Assembly: GCA_038893835.1 (NCBI GenBank) | Contig: JAWAQR010000002.1 | Location: 44,235 to 108,234, forward strand | DNA length: 64,000 nt | Source: Archaeoglobaceae archaeon | GTDB lineage: Archaea; Halobacteriota; Archaeoglobi; Archaeoglobales; Archaeoglobaceae | Reading direction: 5' to 3' | Part shown: positions 49,844-59,400 of the stretch, piece after piece | Layout of the letters: every line of letters begins with the position of its first letter | How positions within the stretch are numbered: the first letter of the stretch is position 1 | Position numbers and translations under genes: made by a program | Notes under the pieces: generated by a model | Told to the model about the DNA's origin: nothing | Database searches by the model: none | Seen by the model: the letters and a program-made list of their open reading frames with translations, nothing else

Positions 49844-50483
49844 CGCAATTGCTGTGGGAAGGAAGGTTATAATAGCAGACTTGCATTTTGGTTTAGTATC
49901 ATTTTACGACAGAGAATTACTCGAAAAAGTTGTTAAACTCGCAGAGAAATTTCAAACTATCATAGTAGCTGGAGATTTCAGGCATCTGGGTAAAAAGAGT
50001 CCAGTCAAGGAATTCATTGAAAAGATATCCGAAATTTCGGAATTGCTGATCGTTCGTGGAAACCACGATGCTGGTATAAGTGGTTACAAAGCTGTTAAGA
50101 TTGGAAAGTACAGCGTATTTCATGGTCATTCGATTCCCGGAAACGAGTTCTTTGAATCGAAAAATCTCATCTTCGCACATGCGCATCCCTCTATTTTCAT
50201 CCCATCTGAAGTTGGCGGATTTAAGGAGAGGGTTTTTTTGGTTGGAGAAATAGAAGTTATGGGTGAAAAGAAAAGAGTTGTTGTTCTTCCAGCCTTCAAT
50301 GAGCTCTGTTCATCAACACCGGTGAATTTAGAGAAACCTGCTGGATTCATGTTCAGGAGATACAATTACCATAATTGGGATGCGATTATGCCAGATGGAA
50401 CTTTTTTAAGCTTACGTAGTATTTTAAAGGCTCAAAAAGGTGTTGAACTTGAAGGGGGTTCTGATCGCGATAGAGGGTATTGA
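49827..50483 (+). CDS. Metallophosphoesterase (ICC-like)
   Basis: ADLHFG, GD, GNHD, HGH, HAHP, LPAFN. Confidence 0.85.
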   Translation: MKFLTDAIAVGRKVIIADLHFGLVSFYDRELLEKVVKLAEKFQTIIVAGDFRHLGKKSPVKEFIEKISEISELLIVRGNHDAGISGYKAVKIGKYSVFHGHSIPGNEFFESKNLIFAHAHPSIFIPSEVGGFKERVFLVGEIEVMGEKKRVVVLPAFNELCSSTPVNLEKPAGFMFRRYNYHNWDAIMPDGTFLSLRSILKAQKGVELEGGSDRDRGY

Positions 50484-51066
50484 TGGAGCTGGTAAAACTA
50501 CTATTGCAACCCATCTTCTAAAATTCCTTCAGGACAAGGGATATGAATGCGTTGTCTTCAAAGAGCCGTCGAACAGCGTATATGGAGAAATTCTGAGGAG
50601 TTTAAAGGAGAACTTGGATCCAGAAGAGGAACTAAAACTCTTCCTGCTCGACAGAAAAGTGGATGTGGAGGAGAGAATTAAACCAGCTCTCGAAAAGGGG
50701 AAAATTGTAATAATGGACAGGTATTACTATTCGAACATAGCTTATCAGTCTGCAAGGGGAATAAATGCGGAAGAAATAAGAAAGATGAACGAAGAGATTG
50801 CGCCAAAACCTGATCTCGTAATACTTCTAGATTTAAGCCCAGAAAAGGCGATGGAGAGAATAAAGAGCAGAGGAAGGTCTACGGTTTTTGAGAGAAAGGA
50901 ATATCTGGAGAAGGTAAGAAAGAAGTTTCTCGAGATTTCAGATGATAGGACTCTGATCGTGAATGCCGAAAGAGATCTTGAAGTTGTAAAGAGAGAAGTT
51001 GAGAGTGCAGTCATGAAATTGCTTGAAGAGAAGAGTAAAAAAAGATGTTTTGATCGATCTTTTTAA
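50440..51066 (+). CDS. tmk: Thymidylate kinase
   Basis: IEGIDGAGKTT, KEP, MDRYYYSNIAYQ, KPDL. Confidence 0.95.
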   Translation: MLNLKGVLIAIEGIDGAGKTTIATHLLKFLQDKGYECVVFKEPSNSVYGEILRSLKENLDPEEELKLFLLDRKVDVEERIKPALEKGKIVIMDRYYYSNIAYQSARGINAEEIRKMNEEIAPKPDLVILLDLSPEKAMERIKSRGRSTVFERKEYLEKVRKKFLEISDDRTLIVNAERDLEVVKREVESAVMKLLEEKSKKRCFDRSF

Positions 51067-51120
51067 GAAGTTTTGAACAAGCATCAAAACCTCTTTCAGA
51101 ACTGATTTAAAGAACAAAAA

Positions 51121-51194
51121 CGGGCTCGGCGGGATTTGAACCCGCGACCGACGGGTTAAAAGCCCGTCGCTCTACCTGGCTGAGCTACGAGCCC
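51121..51194 (-). tRNA. tRNA-Lys(TTT)
   Basis: GGGCTCG acceptor, anticodon arm ACGGG-CTTTTAA-CCCGT, GGTTCAAATCC. Confidence 0.97.
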
Positions 51195-51305
51195 TCAAGA
51201 TAACAAAGGGTGAAGATTTAAATTCTTTTCGAGTCATTTAGATTGCCCTACCTTAGCTTAGCAAAATGAATGCTCAAAAAGCTTGAACTGTAAAGCTTTT
51301 ACGCC

Positions 51306-52088
51306 ATGCAAAAAAGGGATTTCATGCAGAGGATAACTGATGAGGAGATCAGGAAGAATTTGGAGAAAGTTGATTTCAAAATAGCCGTGATGAGCGGTAA
51401 AGGTGGGGTTGGAAAATCGACGATTTCAGCCTTACTTGCCCTGCATTACGTGAAAAAGGGAGGAAAAAAAGTGGGTATATTCGATGCAGATTTCCTAGGT
51501 CCAAGCATTCCAAAACTTTTTTCACTCGAAAAGGAAAGATTGGCTTTTGTAGGCGGAAAAATAGAACCAGTTTTAACGACGAGATACGGTATAAAGGTAA
51601 TATCAATCCAGTTTCTTCTCCCTTCTCCAGACACTCCAGTAATATGGAGGGGTCCGTTGATAACTGGGATGATAAGGGAACTGATCGGAAGGGCAAACTG
51701 GGACGAGCTCGACTACCTCATCATCGACTTACCTCCTGGAACTGGGGACGCGCCACTAACAATTCTACAGGACATCAAACCAAATGGAATTATCGTTGTC
51801 ACAACTCCTCAAGATTTGGCGATTTCGGTGGTTGAAAAATCGATTAGAATGGCTGAAGAGCTGAAATCCGCTGTTCTTGGAATCGTTGAAAACATGAGTT
51901 ATATCCCATGCCCAAAGTGCGGGGAAAAGATTTTTGCATTTGGAAAGGGGAAAACTGAGCTACTCTATCGCAAGTACAGGCTCGAGTTTATAACCCAGAT
52001 ACCCTACGATGCCGAGCTCTTTAGACTTGCGGAAATGGGAAGAATTGAGGAGTATGAGATAGATTATTTCGAATTTTTCCCTTATTGA
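51306..52088 (+). CDS. Mrp/NBP35 (ApbC) Fe-S cluster carrier ATPase
   Basis: SGKGGVGKST, WRGP, DLPPGTGD, ENMS-CPKC. Confidence 0.93.
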   Translation: MQKRDFMQRITDEEIRKNLEKVDFKIAVMSGKGGVGKSTISALLALHYVKKGGKKVGIFDADFLGPSIPKLFSLEKERLAFVGGKIEPVLTTRYGIKVISIQFLLPSPDTPVIWRGPLITGMIRELIGRANWDELDYLIIDLPPGTGDAPLTILQDIKPNGIIVVTTPQDLAISVVEKSIRMAEELKSAVLGIVENMSYIPCPKCGEKIFAFGKGKTELLYRKYRLEFITQIPYDAELFRLAEMGRIEEYEIDYFEFFPY

Positions 52089-52125
52089 CACAAAATTAAA
52101 ATAACCGAGTTTCCAAAGCTTCTAC

Positions 52126-52485
52126 ATGAGACTAATACTTCCACTTTTATTGCTCATCGGAGTTGCTGACTCCTCTTACCTTCTGTACACACATTACATG
52201 CTCCACATTTCTCCATATTGCCCAGTAGATTGCCTACCTCCTGATCTACCCTTTCCAAGCTATTACTTTGCCCTTCTTGGACTCTTATGGTTCCTGGTGG
52301 GAATAATAGTATGCCTACTGGTAAAAATAAAAAGAGTTCTTAAAATCTGGCAAATTCTCGGCTTTCTAGGAGCGATTTCATTACTCCTATACTCTATTTC
52401 CATAAAATACTTCTGTCCCTACTGCTACCTAGCCCATTTTCTTGGAATTCTATCCGTAATTATTTCCTGGAAATTCAAAACCTAA
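52126..52485 (+). CDS. Vitamin K epoxide reductase (VKOR) family membrane protein
   Basis: Four TM, loop Cys pair, FCPYCYLAH active site. Confidence 0.8.
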   Translation: MRLILPLLLLIGVADSSYLLYTHYMLHISPYCPVDCLPPDLPFPSYYFALLGLLWFLVGIIVCLLVKIKRVLKIWQILGFLGAISLLLYSISIKYFCPYCYLAHFLGILSVIISWKFKT

Positions 52486-52531
52486 GCGCCGATGCGAAAA
52501 ATTAATTTCTTTTGAATTCCCAAAATCTATA

Positions 52532-52846
52532 ATGAAACCTCACTGCATTTACATCGTTAAATACATTCTCCCAGCTTTAAGAGCTCATCTAGCTAGAGAG
52601 CTTTTTAAGAGAGGATTTAAGATGAAAGATGTTGCTGAAATGCTTGGCTTGACACAAGCTGCAGTTTCACAGTATTTAAGCAGCAAAAGAGGGCAAAAAG
52701 GAATCGAAATTCTAGAAAAGGATGAAGAAGTTAAGAGCATAGTTTTAGAGTTGGCAGATCTGATCGCCCAGCATAAGATTACGATAGATGATGCAGATCA
52801 TCTGTGTAAGATTTGCGAGGTGATAAGGAAAAGAGTAAGTTACTAA
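52532..52846 (+). CDS. HTH transcription regulator (archaeal, Cys/His-flanked)
   Basis: KPHC...LPALRA, LGLTQAAVSQYL..KRG, CKIC. Confidence 0.88.
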   Translation: MKPHCIYIVKYILPALRAHLARELFKRGFKMKDVAEMLGLTQAAVSQYLSSKRGQKGIEILEKDEEVKSIVLELADLIAQHKITIDDADHLCKICEVIRKRVSY

Positions 52847-52868
52847 TATCAGAGAAAAAATTGTTGAC

Positions 52869-54266
52869 ATGAACGTTCTCGTAGTTGATGCCGGTGGAAG
52901 AGGAAATGCGATCGCTCATGCTTTTTCTAGAAGTGAAAAAGTCAAAAGGGTATTCGTTGCTCCAGGAAATGCTGGAAGTGAGTTTTTCGAAAAGTGCAGA
53001 ATTGCAAAGATAGATGGGAAGCCGATTCAGTCGATTAGGAGCATAGAAGAGATAGTGAAATTCGCAAAGGATAACGTTGACTTGGCTTTCATTGGCCCAG
53101 AGGAGCCACTAAGTCTAGGGATAGTTAACAGGCTTGAAGAAGAGGGGATAGCTGCAGTAGGTCCAAGAAAAGAGATTTCTTGGCTTGAAGCGAGCAAGTG
53201 CAGAACAAAAGATTTTCTAAAAGACTTAGGAGTTCCTATTCCAAAGTATAAGAACTTTGAGTCGGCTGAGGAGGCAAAAGAGTTCATAAGAAACTCCTCT
53301 GGAAACTTAGTTGTTAAAGCAGATGGGCTTGCTGCAGGAAAAGGTGTTTACGTTTGTGATTCTGTTGAAGAAGCTTTAAGAGCTGTGGATGAAATAATGA
53401 TAGAGAAGAAGTTTGGTCCTGCTGGGAATAGGATAGTGATAGAGGAGAAACTAGCTGGAACAGAAATAGCATTCACGGCGGTATGTGATGGTAAAAATGC
53501 AATTCCTTTTGGGCATGTAAAGGACTACAAAGCCGCATTTGACTTTGAGGACTTTGAAGGTCTTAGGGATTACTACATAGGACTTAGAAAGAGATTTTAT
53601 CGAAGAGAAGAGATAGAGGCCCTATTCAAACAGGGAAAGCTGATAAATCCGAACACAGGCGGAATGGGTGCCATTAGCCCTCATCCAGAAGTGGATGAAG
53701 ATGTTGAGAGAAGGATAATGAAAAAAGTTGTCGAACCCGTGGTTAAAGCGACTGGATTTAAGGGGATACTTTATCCAGTGATAATGCTTGTAGATGGAGA
53801 ACCAAAAGTTCTGGAGATAAACATAAGAGAATGCGATCCTGGAGCTCAGGCAAAGCTTCCCAGGCTTGAAAGTGATTTGCTTGAGATTTCTTTAGCAATC
53901 GTGGATGGAAATTTAGATGGAGTAGAGATAAAGTTCAGCAGAGACTTTTGTTGCGCAGTCTGTGCAGTGAGTGGAGCTTTAAGGGGGAGAGAAGGCTTTA
54001 AGCCAGGATATCCTGCTGATCATTATACAAGTCAACCTATTTCTGGAATAGAGGAGGCAAGAAAGATGGCTATAATTTATGCGAATGGAATTGCAAAGCA
54101 AGATGGATACGTAACAACTGGTGGAAGAGTTTTGACAGTTGTTGGAAGAGGCAAAACCTTAAAGGAGGCTAGAGAAAAGGCTTATAGCGCTTTAAAGTTG
54201 ATAAATTTCCCAGGAATGAGGTACAGAAAAGGAATAGGCTTAGAGTATATTTCTAAGGACTCCTAG
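52869..54266 (+). CDS. purD: Phosphoribosylamine--glycine ligase
   Basis: APGNAG, GPEEPL, VVKADGLAAGKGV, NTGGMGA, GGRVL. Confidence 0.95.
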   Translation: MNVLVVDAGGRGNAIAHAFSRSEKVKRVFVAPGNAGSEFFEKCRIAKIDGKPIQSIRSIEEIVKFAKDNVDLAFIGPEEPLSLGIVNRLEEEGIAAVGPRKEISWLEASKCRTKDFLKDLGVPIPKYKNFESAEEAKEFIRNSSGNLVVKADGLAAGKGVYVCDSVEEALRAVDEIMIEKKFGPAGNRIVIEEKLAGTEIAFTAVCDGKNAIPFGHVKDYKAAFDFEDFEGLRDYYIGLRKRFYRREEIEALFKQGKLINPNTGGMGAISPHPEVDEDVERRIMKKVVEPVVKATGFKGILYPVIMLVDGEPKVLEINIRECDPGAQAKLPRLESDLLEISLAIVDGNLDGVEIKFSRDFCCAVCAVSGALRGREGFKPGYPADHYTSQPISGIEEARKMAIIYANGIAKQDGYVTTGGRVLTVVGRGKTLKEAREKAYSALKLINFPGMRYRKGIGLEYISKDS

Positions 54267-54938
54267 CTCTCCAAGATATAGAACCTCATCTTCTATCGCA
54301 TATACTTCGATTTTTTTCGCCTTCCTAACTATTGGTGAAAGAAATTCACCCTGAAGTACATCACTTCCACCAACCAATTTCGAAAAGGCTGGTAGAACTA
54401 TCTTGGTTTTGTCTAGGACTAAAAAGCATGGAAAGGAGTAACTTGCCCCTCTAACCCTCACTTTTATCGCTGGATGCTCGTGTCCAAGAATGATCTTTTC
54501 TTCTTCACATTCATTATGACCATGGACGATCGTGTAATCTTCAACCCTTTCCTTTTCCTTGAGTTCTATTGAATAATCAGCGAGAATTGCGGAAAGAAAG
54601 TTGTCATGATTCCCTCTAACAATAGATACATCGATTTCCAGAGAGTTCAGAAAACTTCTGACATCATCCCATTCATATGGAAGATTTTCTCCAAACTCGT
54701 GCTTTAAATCTCCGGCTATGATGAGTTTTTCTACTTCATAATTCTCAACGAGAGCTCTGGTCCTCGATATTATGTCCATTATTTGCATTCTTGGCACAGC
54801 TATTCCAGATTTCTGCATCGCATTTTCTATGCCAAGATGCAGATCTGCTATTACAGCTGTCCTTTTTAGAATTACTGCTCTTTCAGGAAGCAACTTCAAC
54901 ACATTTAAGATTGAAGAAAAACTTAAATTTCTTTTCAT
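54240..54938 (-). CDS. Metallophosphoesterase (ICC-like)
   Basis: ADLHLG, GDLKHEF, GNHD, HGH, GHEHP, LPAFS. Confidence 0.9.
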   Translation of the reverse strand: MKRNLSFSSILNVLKLLPERAVILKRTAVIADLHLGIENAMQKSGIAVPRMQIMDIISRTRALVENYEVEKLIIAGDLKHEFGENLPYEWDDVRSFLNSLEIDVSIVRGNHDNFLSAILADYSIELKEKERVEDYTIVHGHNECEEEKIILGHEHPAIKVRVRGASYSFPCFLVLDKTKIVLPAFSKLVGGSDVLQGEFLSPIVRKAKKIEVYAIEDEVLYLGELGVLRNIL

Positions 54939-54952
54939 TGAGAGAGATTGAA

Positions 54953-55531
54953 ATGTCGTATGTTTTGCTCCTTGGCGAACCAGGGGTGGGGAAATGTAAG
55001 ATACTTGAGAGAATCGTAAACGATTTTAAAAACGTAGTTTGGATAACAACAACTTACAGCTTCGAAAAAGTCAGAGAAAGATTGGGAGAGAAGCCCTGGA
55101 TCATTGACGTATTCAGTTGGGGGATGAAAGAAGTGAGAAATGAGAAAGATGTCATCGTCGTTAATCCTATGAATCTAAACGAAATAAGTCTTGCCGTATC
55201 AAAAGTTCTTGATAAAGTTAAAAAAGATTATATACTCATTTTTAACTCGATATCCGGTCTCTCAGTTTATCAACCGCTTGCAAAGGTTATAAACCTCCTT
55301 AGAGTTTTGTTGATGAGAGTTGAAAATGATAAGGCCAAGGCGATTTTTACACTTGTAAGCGGAGCTCAGGAAAGACAATTTGAGATTGGATTGATGATGC
55401 TCTTTCCAAACATCGTTGAAGTGTTCGATCGTGAAATAAGAGTTTTGAAATCCTTCAATTTGGAATTGGAAAAAGGAGAGTATAAAGTTGAGAGGGCAAA
55501 AGAGATATTAACTAAGTTGTTAAACGTTTAA
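54953..55531 (+). CDS. Short RecA/KaiC-like P-loop protein
   Basis: LLGEPGVGKC, VVWITT, FNSISGL. Confidence 0.75.
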   Translation: MSYVLLLGEPGVGKCKILERIVNDFKNVVWITTTYSFEKVRERLGEKPWIIDVFSWGMKEVRNEKDVIVVNPMNLNEISLAVSKVLDKVKKDYILIFNSISGLSVYQPLAKVINLLRVLLMRVENDKAKAIFTLVSGAQERQFEIGLMMLFPNIVEVFDREIRVLKSFNLELEKGEYKVERAKEILTKLLNV

Positions 55532-55532
55532 C

Positions 55533-56618
55533 ATGGAAGTTTTCTACGTAGATTCTCGTGCAAAGGTTCTGGATCCTGATGAGTGGTACCAGCCAAATCT
55601 CAGTCTTGTAAACAAGCTGAAAGACCTTCTCGATAAAACTCCAGTGCTGGATTCAATTGACAATGGAGATGTTGTGGCTGTTAAGACACATTTTGGAGAA
55701 AAAGGTACTACGAAGACTTTGAGAGTTCAATTTATAAGAGCAGTTGTTGAAAAATTGCTTGAAATCGGTGCAAAACCATTTGTAACTGAAACAACTGGTC
55801 TTGGATTAACTAGACTAAGATCCTCTGCAATTGGAAGGTTACAAATAGCTGAAGAGAACGGATACACTCAACAAACTTTAAAAGCACCAATAATAATAGC
55901 AGATGGTTTGAAAGGTTTTGATTTCGTCGAAGTTTCGATAAATGGAAGACATTTGAAAAAAGTTTACGTTGCAAAGGCGATTGCTGAGAGTGATGCGGTT
56001 ATTCTCTGCACACATTTCAAATTGCACATGCAATCTGGAATGGGAGGAAGTATTAAGAATGTTGGCGTCGGTTGTGTTGCCAAACCTTCAAAATTCGACG
56101 TTCATGCAAGTGGATTTCCAGAAATAATAAAGGAAAAGTGCACAAAATGCAACAGATGTCTCGAGGTTTGTCCAGTTGATGCAATATCTAATTATAGAAT
56201 TGTTGAAGAGAGATGTCTCAAATGCACTGGCTGCTACGAGGTTTGTGAGGAGAATGCTGTAAAGATAAACTGGATTTCTGGAAATGAGATTGTTGAGAGA
56301 ATAGTTGAGTGTGCAAAGGGCGTCTATGAAGTCAAAAAGAACATGGTTTTTCTAAACTTTATGTTAGACATAACCCCCCACTGCGATTGTCATCCATACA
56401 GCGATAATGCCGTTGCACCTGATTTCGGGATATTAGCATCAAAAGACATGGTTTCTATAGACAAAGCAAGCTACGAAATCTACAAAGAGTTACCCTGCAT
56501 AAACGATATTTTTAGAGGAGAAAAATTCTGGGCTTGGACAAGTCCAGAGAGAATGATAAGTTATGCTGAAGAGATCGGACTTGGAGAAAGTAATTATAAA
56601 CTAATAAAAGTTGATTAA
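55533..56618 (+). CDS. DUF362 domain protein with 4Fe-4S ferredoxin insert
   Basis: VKTHFGEKG, THFKLH, GSIKNVGVGC, two CxxCxxCxxxC, ITPHCDC. Confidence 0.9.
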   Translation: MEVFYVDSRAKVLDPDEWYQPNLSLVNKLKDLLDKTPVLDSIDNGDVVAVKTHFGEKGTTKTLRVQFIRAVVEKLLEIGAKPFVTETTGLGLTRLRSSAIGRLQIAEENGYTQQTLKAPIIIADGLKGFDFVEVSINGRHLKKVYVAKAIAESDAVILCTHFKLHMQSGMGGSIKNVGVGCVAKPSKFDVHASGFPEIIKEKCTKCNRCLEVCPVDAISNYRIVEERCLKCTGCYEVCEENAVKINWISGNEIVERIVECAKGVYEVKKNMVFLNFMLDITPHCDCHPYSDNAVAPDFGILASKDMVSIDKASYEIYKELPCINDIFRGEKFWAWTSPERMISYAEEIGLGESNYKLIKVD

Positions 56619-56860
56619 GTTCTTGAATTTTTAAGAACAGGAAAAGGATCGGAAAAATTTAATTAGAGAAAAATATATTATATTTTTCCAAAATGCTGCT
56701 AAAAATAGGCTTTTTTTGATTTCATTACCAAAAATAAAGATACAGAGAACTCGGAAATATAATTGCAATTCTTCGTAGGTAAAGTTAAAGGAAATCAGTT
56801 TTTTTTAGGAAAGAATGCAAAAACGTAAATTTTTTAAACTACGGAGGTATCTAATTTACA

Positions 56861-57901
56861 ATGGTTGAGTTCGCAGTCGAACTCGATGATGTGTCGAAGA
56901 GATACGGCAATTTTGAGGTAGTTAGAGAAATAAAACTGAAAATTCGCAAGGGAGAATTCTTCTCAATCCTTGGTCCAAGCGGTTCTGGTAAGACGACAAT
57001 CTTAAGGTTGATCGCTGGACTAATTTTTCCAGATACTGGGTCGATAAGGTTGATGGGACAGGATTGTACCTTTACTCCTCCATACAAGAGAAACATTGGG
57101 ATGGTTTTCCAAGATCTTGCATTATTCCCGCATTTGAACGTATTCGAGAATGTGGCTTATGGTTTGAGAGTTAGAAAGATGCCTGAGAATGAAATAAAAA
57201 GAAGAGTTAAGGAATGTCTTGAAATCGTAAATCTAGATCCTCAGATTTTTGCAAAAAGAAAGATTTCTCAGCTATCTGGTGGACAGCAGCAAAGAGTTGC
57301 AATTGCCAGAGCTCTGGCAATAGAGCCAAATGTTCTGCTTTTAGATGAACCGCTTGGCTCTCTTGATTTAAAGCTGAGGCAGCACATGATGACGGAGTTG
57401 AAAAAGATTCAGAGGAACGTAAAGACCACGTTCATATACGTAACCCATGACCAATCTGAGGCTCTTGTTATGTCTGACAGGCTAGCAGTAATAAACCATG
57501 GCAGGATAGAGCAGATTGGAACGCCAGTAGAGGTATATGAGAGGCCGAAAACGAAATTCGTTGCTGAATTCATTGGAGAAATGAACTTTATCAAAGCAGA
57601 AGTTCAGGAAGATCGTCTTGTAAGCGAGCTTGGAGAGATCAAAGCCAAAATAAATGGGGCTAGAAAGGTCATCCTAGGAATTAGACCTGAAAAGATAAAA
57701 GTTGGACTGGAGCTTAAGAACGTTGAAAACGTTTTTAAGGGAAAAATAAAAGACCTCGCTTACCTCGGAGGATTCGTAAAACTAAACGTGAACGTAAATG
57801 GTGTTAACATCAAGTGTATAACCAAATACAATGGATTTAGGGAAGATGAGGAAGTTGAGATAGGCTGGAATTCGAGCGAAGCGATTGTTTTTGAAGCATG
57901 A
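56861..57901 (+). CDS. potA: Polyamine ABC transporter ATP-binding protein
   Basis: GPSGSGKTT, LSGGQQQR, LLDEP, VTHDQ, TOBE domain. Confidence 0.9.
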   Translation: MVEFAVELDDVSKRYGNFEVVREIKLKIRKGEFFSILGPSGSGKTTILRLIAGLIFPDTGSIRLMGQDCTFTPPYKRNIGMVFQDLALFPHLNVFENVAYGLRVRKMPENEIKRRVKECLEIVNLDPQIFAKRKISQLSGGQQQRVAIARALAIEPNVLLLDEPLGSLDLKLRQHMMTELKKIQRNVKTTFIYVTHDQSEALVMSDRLAVINHGRIEQIGTPVEVYERPKTKFVAEFIGEMNFIKAEVQEDRLVSELGEIKAKINGARKVILGIRPEKIKVGLELKNVENVFKGKIKDLAYLGGFVKLNVNVNGVNIKCITKYNGFREDEEVEIGWNSSEAIVFEA

Positions 57902-58644
57902 AAAGAATATTCGCGTATCCAGCTATTATTTACTTATTACTCCTTTTCTACCTTCCTTTTTTCATAGTTGTCCTTTACAGCTTTGGATTTCCAAATTTCA
58001 CACTAAATTACTACATCGAGGTCCTAAAACCTCTATATTTCAAAGTTTTATTGGATTCCATCATCCTAGCTGGGATCACCACAATCCTCTGCCTTCTAAT
58101 CGCATATCCTGTGGCATATTATATAGCTTTGAGAGCTCAAAGGTGGAAAAACCTGCTCCTCGTGCTCATAATTCTACCATTCTGGATTAGTCTGCTATTA
58201 CGAACTTATGCAATAATGGTAATTCTAAGCCCACTCGGTCTGCTTTTCACCTTCCCCGCAATCGTTATAGGGATGGTTTACGATTACCTTCCCTTCATGG
58301 TTCTACCAATCTATGCATCGCTGGAAAAAATGAAAAGATCACAGATAGAAGCTTCCTACGTTCTCGGGGCAGATCCTGTAAAAACTTTCATAAAAGTCAC
58401 TTTCCCACAATCCATTCCCGGAGTTGTTGCTGGAGTCATACTGGTCTTCATTCCATCTCTCGGCGAATTCATCGTTCCCTCAATGCTCGGAGGAACTTAT
58501 ATGACAATAGGAACGATTACTTGGGACTTGTTCCTGAGATACCACGACTGGTGGCGAGGATCTGCAATTTCAATAATATACATGCTCATAATTTTCGCAG
58601 CACTTACAGTTTATATAAGAAAGGCGAGGGGAGTAGAGATATGA
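57898..58644 (+). CDS. potB: Polyamine ABC transporter permease
   Basis: LPFWISLLLRTYA, YLPFMVLPIY, EAS-LGA loop. Confidence 0.88.
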   Translation: MKRIFAYPAIIYLLLLFYLPFFIVVLYSFGFPNFTLNYYIEVLKPLYFKVLLDSIILAGITTILCLLIAYPVAYYIALRAQRWKNLLLVLIILPFWISLLLRTYAIMVILSPLGLLFTFPAIVIGMVYDYLPFMVLPIYASLEKMKRSQIEASYVLGADPVKTFIKVTFPQSIPGVVAGVILVFIPSLGEFIVPSMLGGTYMTIGTITWDLFLRYHDWWRGSAISIIYMLIIFAALTVYIRKARGVEI

Positions 58645-59369
58645 TGGTGATTTTTATTCTTATAGTGTTCCTTTTCCTTTATGCTCCAATCGCCTTTGTA
58701 ATTTACTCCTCACTTTTCGAAGGTGGAACAATAACCCTGAAATGGTTCGAAGCCGTTTTCAGAGACGATAAAGTTGTAAAAGCCTTCTACAACAGTCTCA
58801 GCCTCGCCTTGCTATCTACTTTGACATCTGTAATCCTAGGCACCATGGCTGCTTACGCCTATCTTAGAACAAAGATCAGGCTGGAATCCCTTTTTTATAC
58901 CCCAATCGTTATTCCGGAGATAACTGAAGCTCTATCCCTTCTCCTTTTTTATAAATTTATAGGTTTTCCTCTTGGCTTTTATTCCGTTCTTCTCGGACAC
59001 ATAGCCTTCAACGTTGCATTCGTCTTCGTAATAGTAAAGGCAAGACTTTCTGGCTATGAAAAGTCGATCGAAGAAGCTTCCTTAACACTTGGAGCAAACG
59101 AGATTCAGACTTTCTTAAGAGTTACAATACCAATCGCGATGCCAGGAATAATTGCTGCCTCGCTCATAGCTTTCACACTTTCGTGGGATAATTTTATAAA
59201 AACTGTTTTTACAACAAGTCCGGGCTTTCAAACATTGCCCATGCTAATCTGGTCTCAAGCTGTCAGAGGCGTTGTAAGTCCAAGTTTGAGCGCTTTGGCG
59301 ACTCTAATGCTTCTAGTATCAATAATTTTAGCTTATCTTTACGTAAGAATCTCACATAAAAGAGAGTAA
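58641..59369 (+). CDS. potC: Polyamine ABC transporter permease
   Basis: FLYAPI, IPEI, EEASLTLGA, FTLSWD, TLP. Confidence 0.88.
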   Translation: MMVIFILIVFLFLYAPIAFVIYSSLFEGGTITLKWFEAVFRDDKVVKAFYNSLSLALLSTLTSVILGTMAAYAYLRTKIRLESLFYTPIVIPEITEALSLLLFYKFIGFPLGFYSVLLGHIAFNVAFVFVIVKARLSGYEKSIEEASLTLGANEIQTFLRVTIPIAMPGIIAASLIAFTLSWDNFIKTVFTTSPGFQTLPMLIWSQAVRGVVSPSLSALATLMLLVSIILAYLYVRISHKRE

Positions 59370-59385
59370 AGCTTTTATTCTGAAT
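59365..59385 (+). promoter_or_regulatory. Promoter/operator motif AGTAAAGCTTTTATTCTGAAT, copy 1 (upstream of potD)
   Basis: BRE/TATA-like; 20 of 21 nt identical to 60574-60594. Confidence 0.6.
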
Positions 59386-59400
59386 TGATTAAAGATTCAC

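Noticed and set aside
51250-51270. TTAGCTTAGCAAAA upstream of mrp as a second DtxR box
   Set aside because: Too many mismatches to the feoA palindrome.
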